A stretch of 26,151 nt of DNA from a virus (lineage: Duplodnaviria > Caudoviricetes), in IMG/VR virus record IMGVR_UViG_3300010362_000584, positions 1 to 26,151 of that record; one strand, written 5' to 3'. Shown here in pieces: positions 24,721 to 26,151 of the stretch; within the stretch, counting starts at the first letter, position 1; every line of letters begins with the position of its first letter. The translations under genes and the position numbers were made by a program. The notes under the pieces are model-generated. The model was not told where the DNA came from and ran no database searches. It saw nothing but the letters and a program-made list of their open reading frames with translations.

Positions 24721-26151
24721 TCAACCAGGGATTTCGCGGCCAAGCCCCCACGGACCAGCCTTGATCTCCACCTCGATCAGCCCCTCGGGCAGGTAGAGTC
24801 CCAGCTTACGAAGCTCGACCGGGGCATGCAGCATCGTCCTCCTGATCTGCTCGGCGGCGGCACGGCCACGGTCTCGACGGACCTCGACGAGCAGCGCATC
24901 GTGGATGTCACCGACCACGCGCGCACCCTGCGCATCGAGCAGGATCATTGCCTGCTGGGTAATGTCGGACGCCAGCGACTGCGGCTCGGCGTTGATTCCA
25001 GCCCGGATGGCATCCTTCTGCCCAGCCAGCGCAGAGGGCAGCCGACGGATCCGTCCGACGGGCGTCTGGACCCAGCCTCGCCGGATTAGTTTGTCTGCGG
25101 CAATGCGGTGCCAGGCAGGGAACTCGGGGTAGCGCCGCCTGAACAGATGCCAGAGCGCCTGGGCCTGGGCGGGGGTCCAGGCAATCTCGAACGTCTTCCA
25201 GGCGTACTCTCTGAGCCCCTGCCACGAGATACCGTACAACTGGGCCAGCACGGGCACCTTGCCCATCACCTGCCGCTCGTCCTTGGTCACCTCCGACTCA
25301 GATTTCCTGAGTGCCCGGGCTGCAAAGTCGACGTAGATGTCGGTCCCCTGGTGGAACGCCCAGAGCATCGTGCTACTAGCAATGTGCTCCCAGCTATCGG
25401 GCCTGCCCGCCGCCATCCAGGCACAGATCCTGGCCTCGATCTGGCGATAGTCGGCCTCGATCAGCACCTTGCCCTCGGGCGCCGTGTACACGGGCCGCAC
25501 GCTGGTGTCCCTCGGCGTGGTGTGGAAGAAGCCCGCCAGCCTGCCCGTCTCGACGCTGGTCGTGCGCATGTCGGGGTGCAGCCTGCCGTCGAAGCTCTGC
25601 CTGGTCATCCTGTTGATCGGCCTGAAGTACGTGGAGAGCTTTTTCCTGGGCCGCCTTGAGTCCAGAATGAGCCGGGCCTGAGGATGTTCCAAAGCTAGCG
25701 ACTTGATGGTCGCCTCGTCGGTGCTCGGGTGCTGCTTGCCATTCTTCAGTACGGGCAGGCCCAGGTCCCCATATAACCACTGTGCGACCTGACGGGGGCT
25801 AGCTGGGTTGAGCCCCTCAGGCAACCGATCATCCGCCTGGTCGCGCTCGCGCAGGGCCCGATGCATCAGTTGCGCCGCCGTTTTACGGTCGACGTGGATA
25901 CCCCGCGCAACGAGTTTTTGGAGGGCCCGCAGCATCGGCATTTCCAGCCGGCTGAAGTAGTGCCACAACCTGGGCTCCTCCCGGAGGCGGTCCATGAGCA
26001 GGTCGCGCAGCAGCGAGGTGGCCGCCGCATCGTAGCCGTTGTACGGGTACAGGTCGCCGAGCGCGTGGTACTTGCGCGCGTCGATGTCCCAGTCGGGCCA
26101 GCCCAGATGGGCCCGCCCCGCCCACTTGAGCGACTTGGGCGCGTTCTCGTC
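24721..26151 (-). CDS. polA: Family A DNA polymerase with 3'-5' exonuclease, 5'-truncated
   Basis: Frame open to window end; ExoIII YNGYD; STD, TGRL, motif A DYRQIEAR, motif B K..LYG, GRIR, motif C IHD. Confidence 0.92.
   Translation of the reverse strand, partial: DENAPKSLKWAGRAHLGWPDWDIDARKYHALGDLYPYNGYDAAATSLLRDLLMDRLREEPRLWHYFSRLEMPMLRALQKLVARGIHVDRKTAAQLMHRALRERDQADDRLPEGLNPASPRQVAQWLYGDLGLPVLKNGKQHPSTDEATIKSLALEHPQARLILDSRRPRKKLSTYFRPINRMTRQSFDGRLHPDMRTTSVETGRLAGFFHTTPRDTSVRPVYTAPEGKVLIEADYRQIEARICAWMAAGRPDSWEHIASSTMLWAFHQGTDIYVDFAARALRKSESEVTKDERQVMGKVPVLAQLYGISWQGLREYAWKTFEIAWTPAQAQALWHLFRRRYPEFPAWHRIAADKLIRRGWVQTPVGRIRRLPSALAGQKDAIRAGINAEPQSLASDITQQAMILLDAQGARVVGDIHDALLVEVRRDRGRAAAEQIRRTMLHAPVELRKLGLYLPEGLIEVEIKAGPWGLGREIPG

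Noticed and set aside
1-26151. tRNA/rRNA, CRISPR array, intron/intein, stop-codon reassignment
   Set aside because: Genes tile the window with normal stops and intact motifs; no such signatures seen.

Overview
High-GC segment of a tailed dsDNA phage genome with podovirus-like architecture; no tape-measure, tube or sheath gene is visible. The + strand (1-20690) is a virion module. It carries a 5'-truncated giant (>2400 aa) internal/ejection-type protein with GH73 glucosaminidase, NlpC/P60 and an unexpected HiPIP-like 4-Cys domain. Then come small basic ORFs, scaffold, an N4-gp56-like major capsid protein with an inserted beta domain, an adaptor, an antisense HNH endonuclease, a small 2-TM holin-like gene, a nozzle/tail tubular protein and a coupled set of tail fibre/adaptor genes. 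The - strand (26151-20687) is a replication/recombination module: family A DNA polymerase (5'-truncated, Leu762 type), HNH, Cas4/AddB-like exonuclease, Sak4-like AAA_24 ATPase, DUF669-like SSB and VRR-NUC nuclease. Most interesting observations: a 'plug-and-socket' pattern of split and repeated modules across the tail fibre genes, the HiPIP-like domain in a virion lysin, and coupled basic micro-ORFs around the head genes, one echoing the capsid N-terminus. All family calls come from motif recognition by eye; no searches were run and the host cannot be determined.
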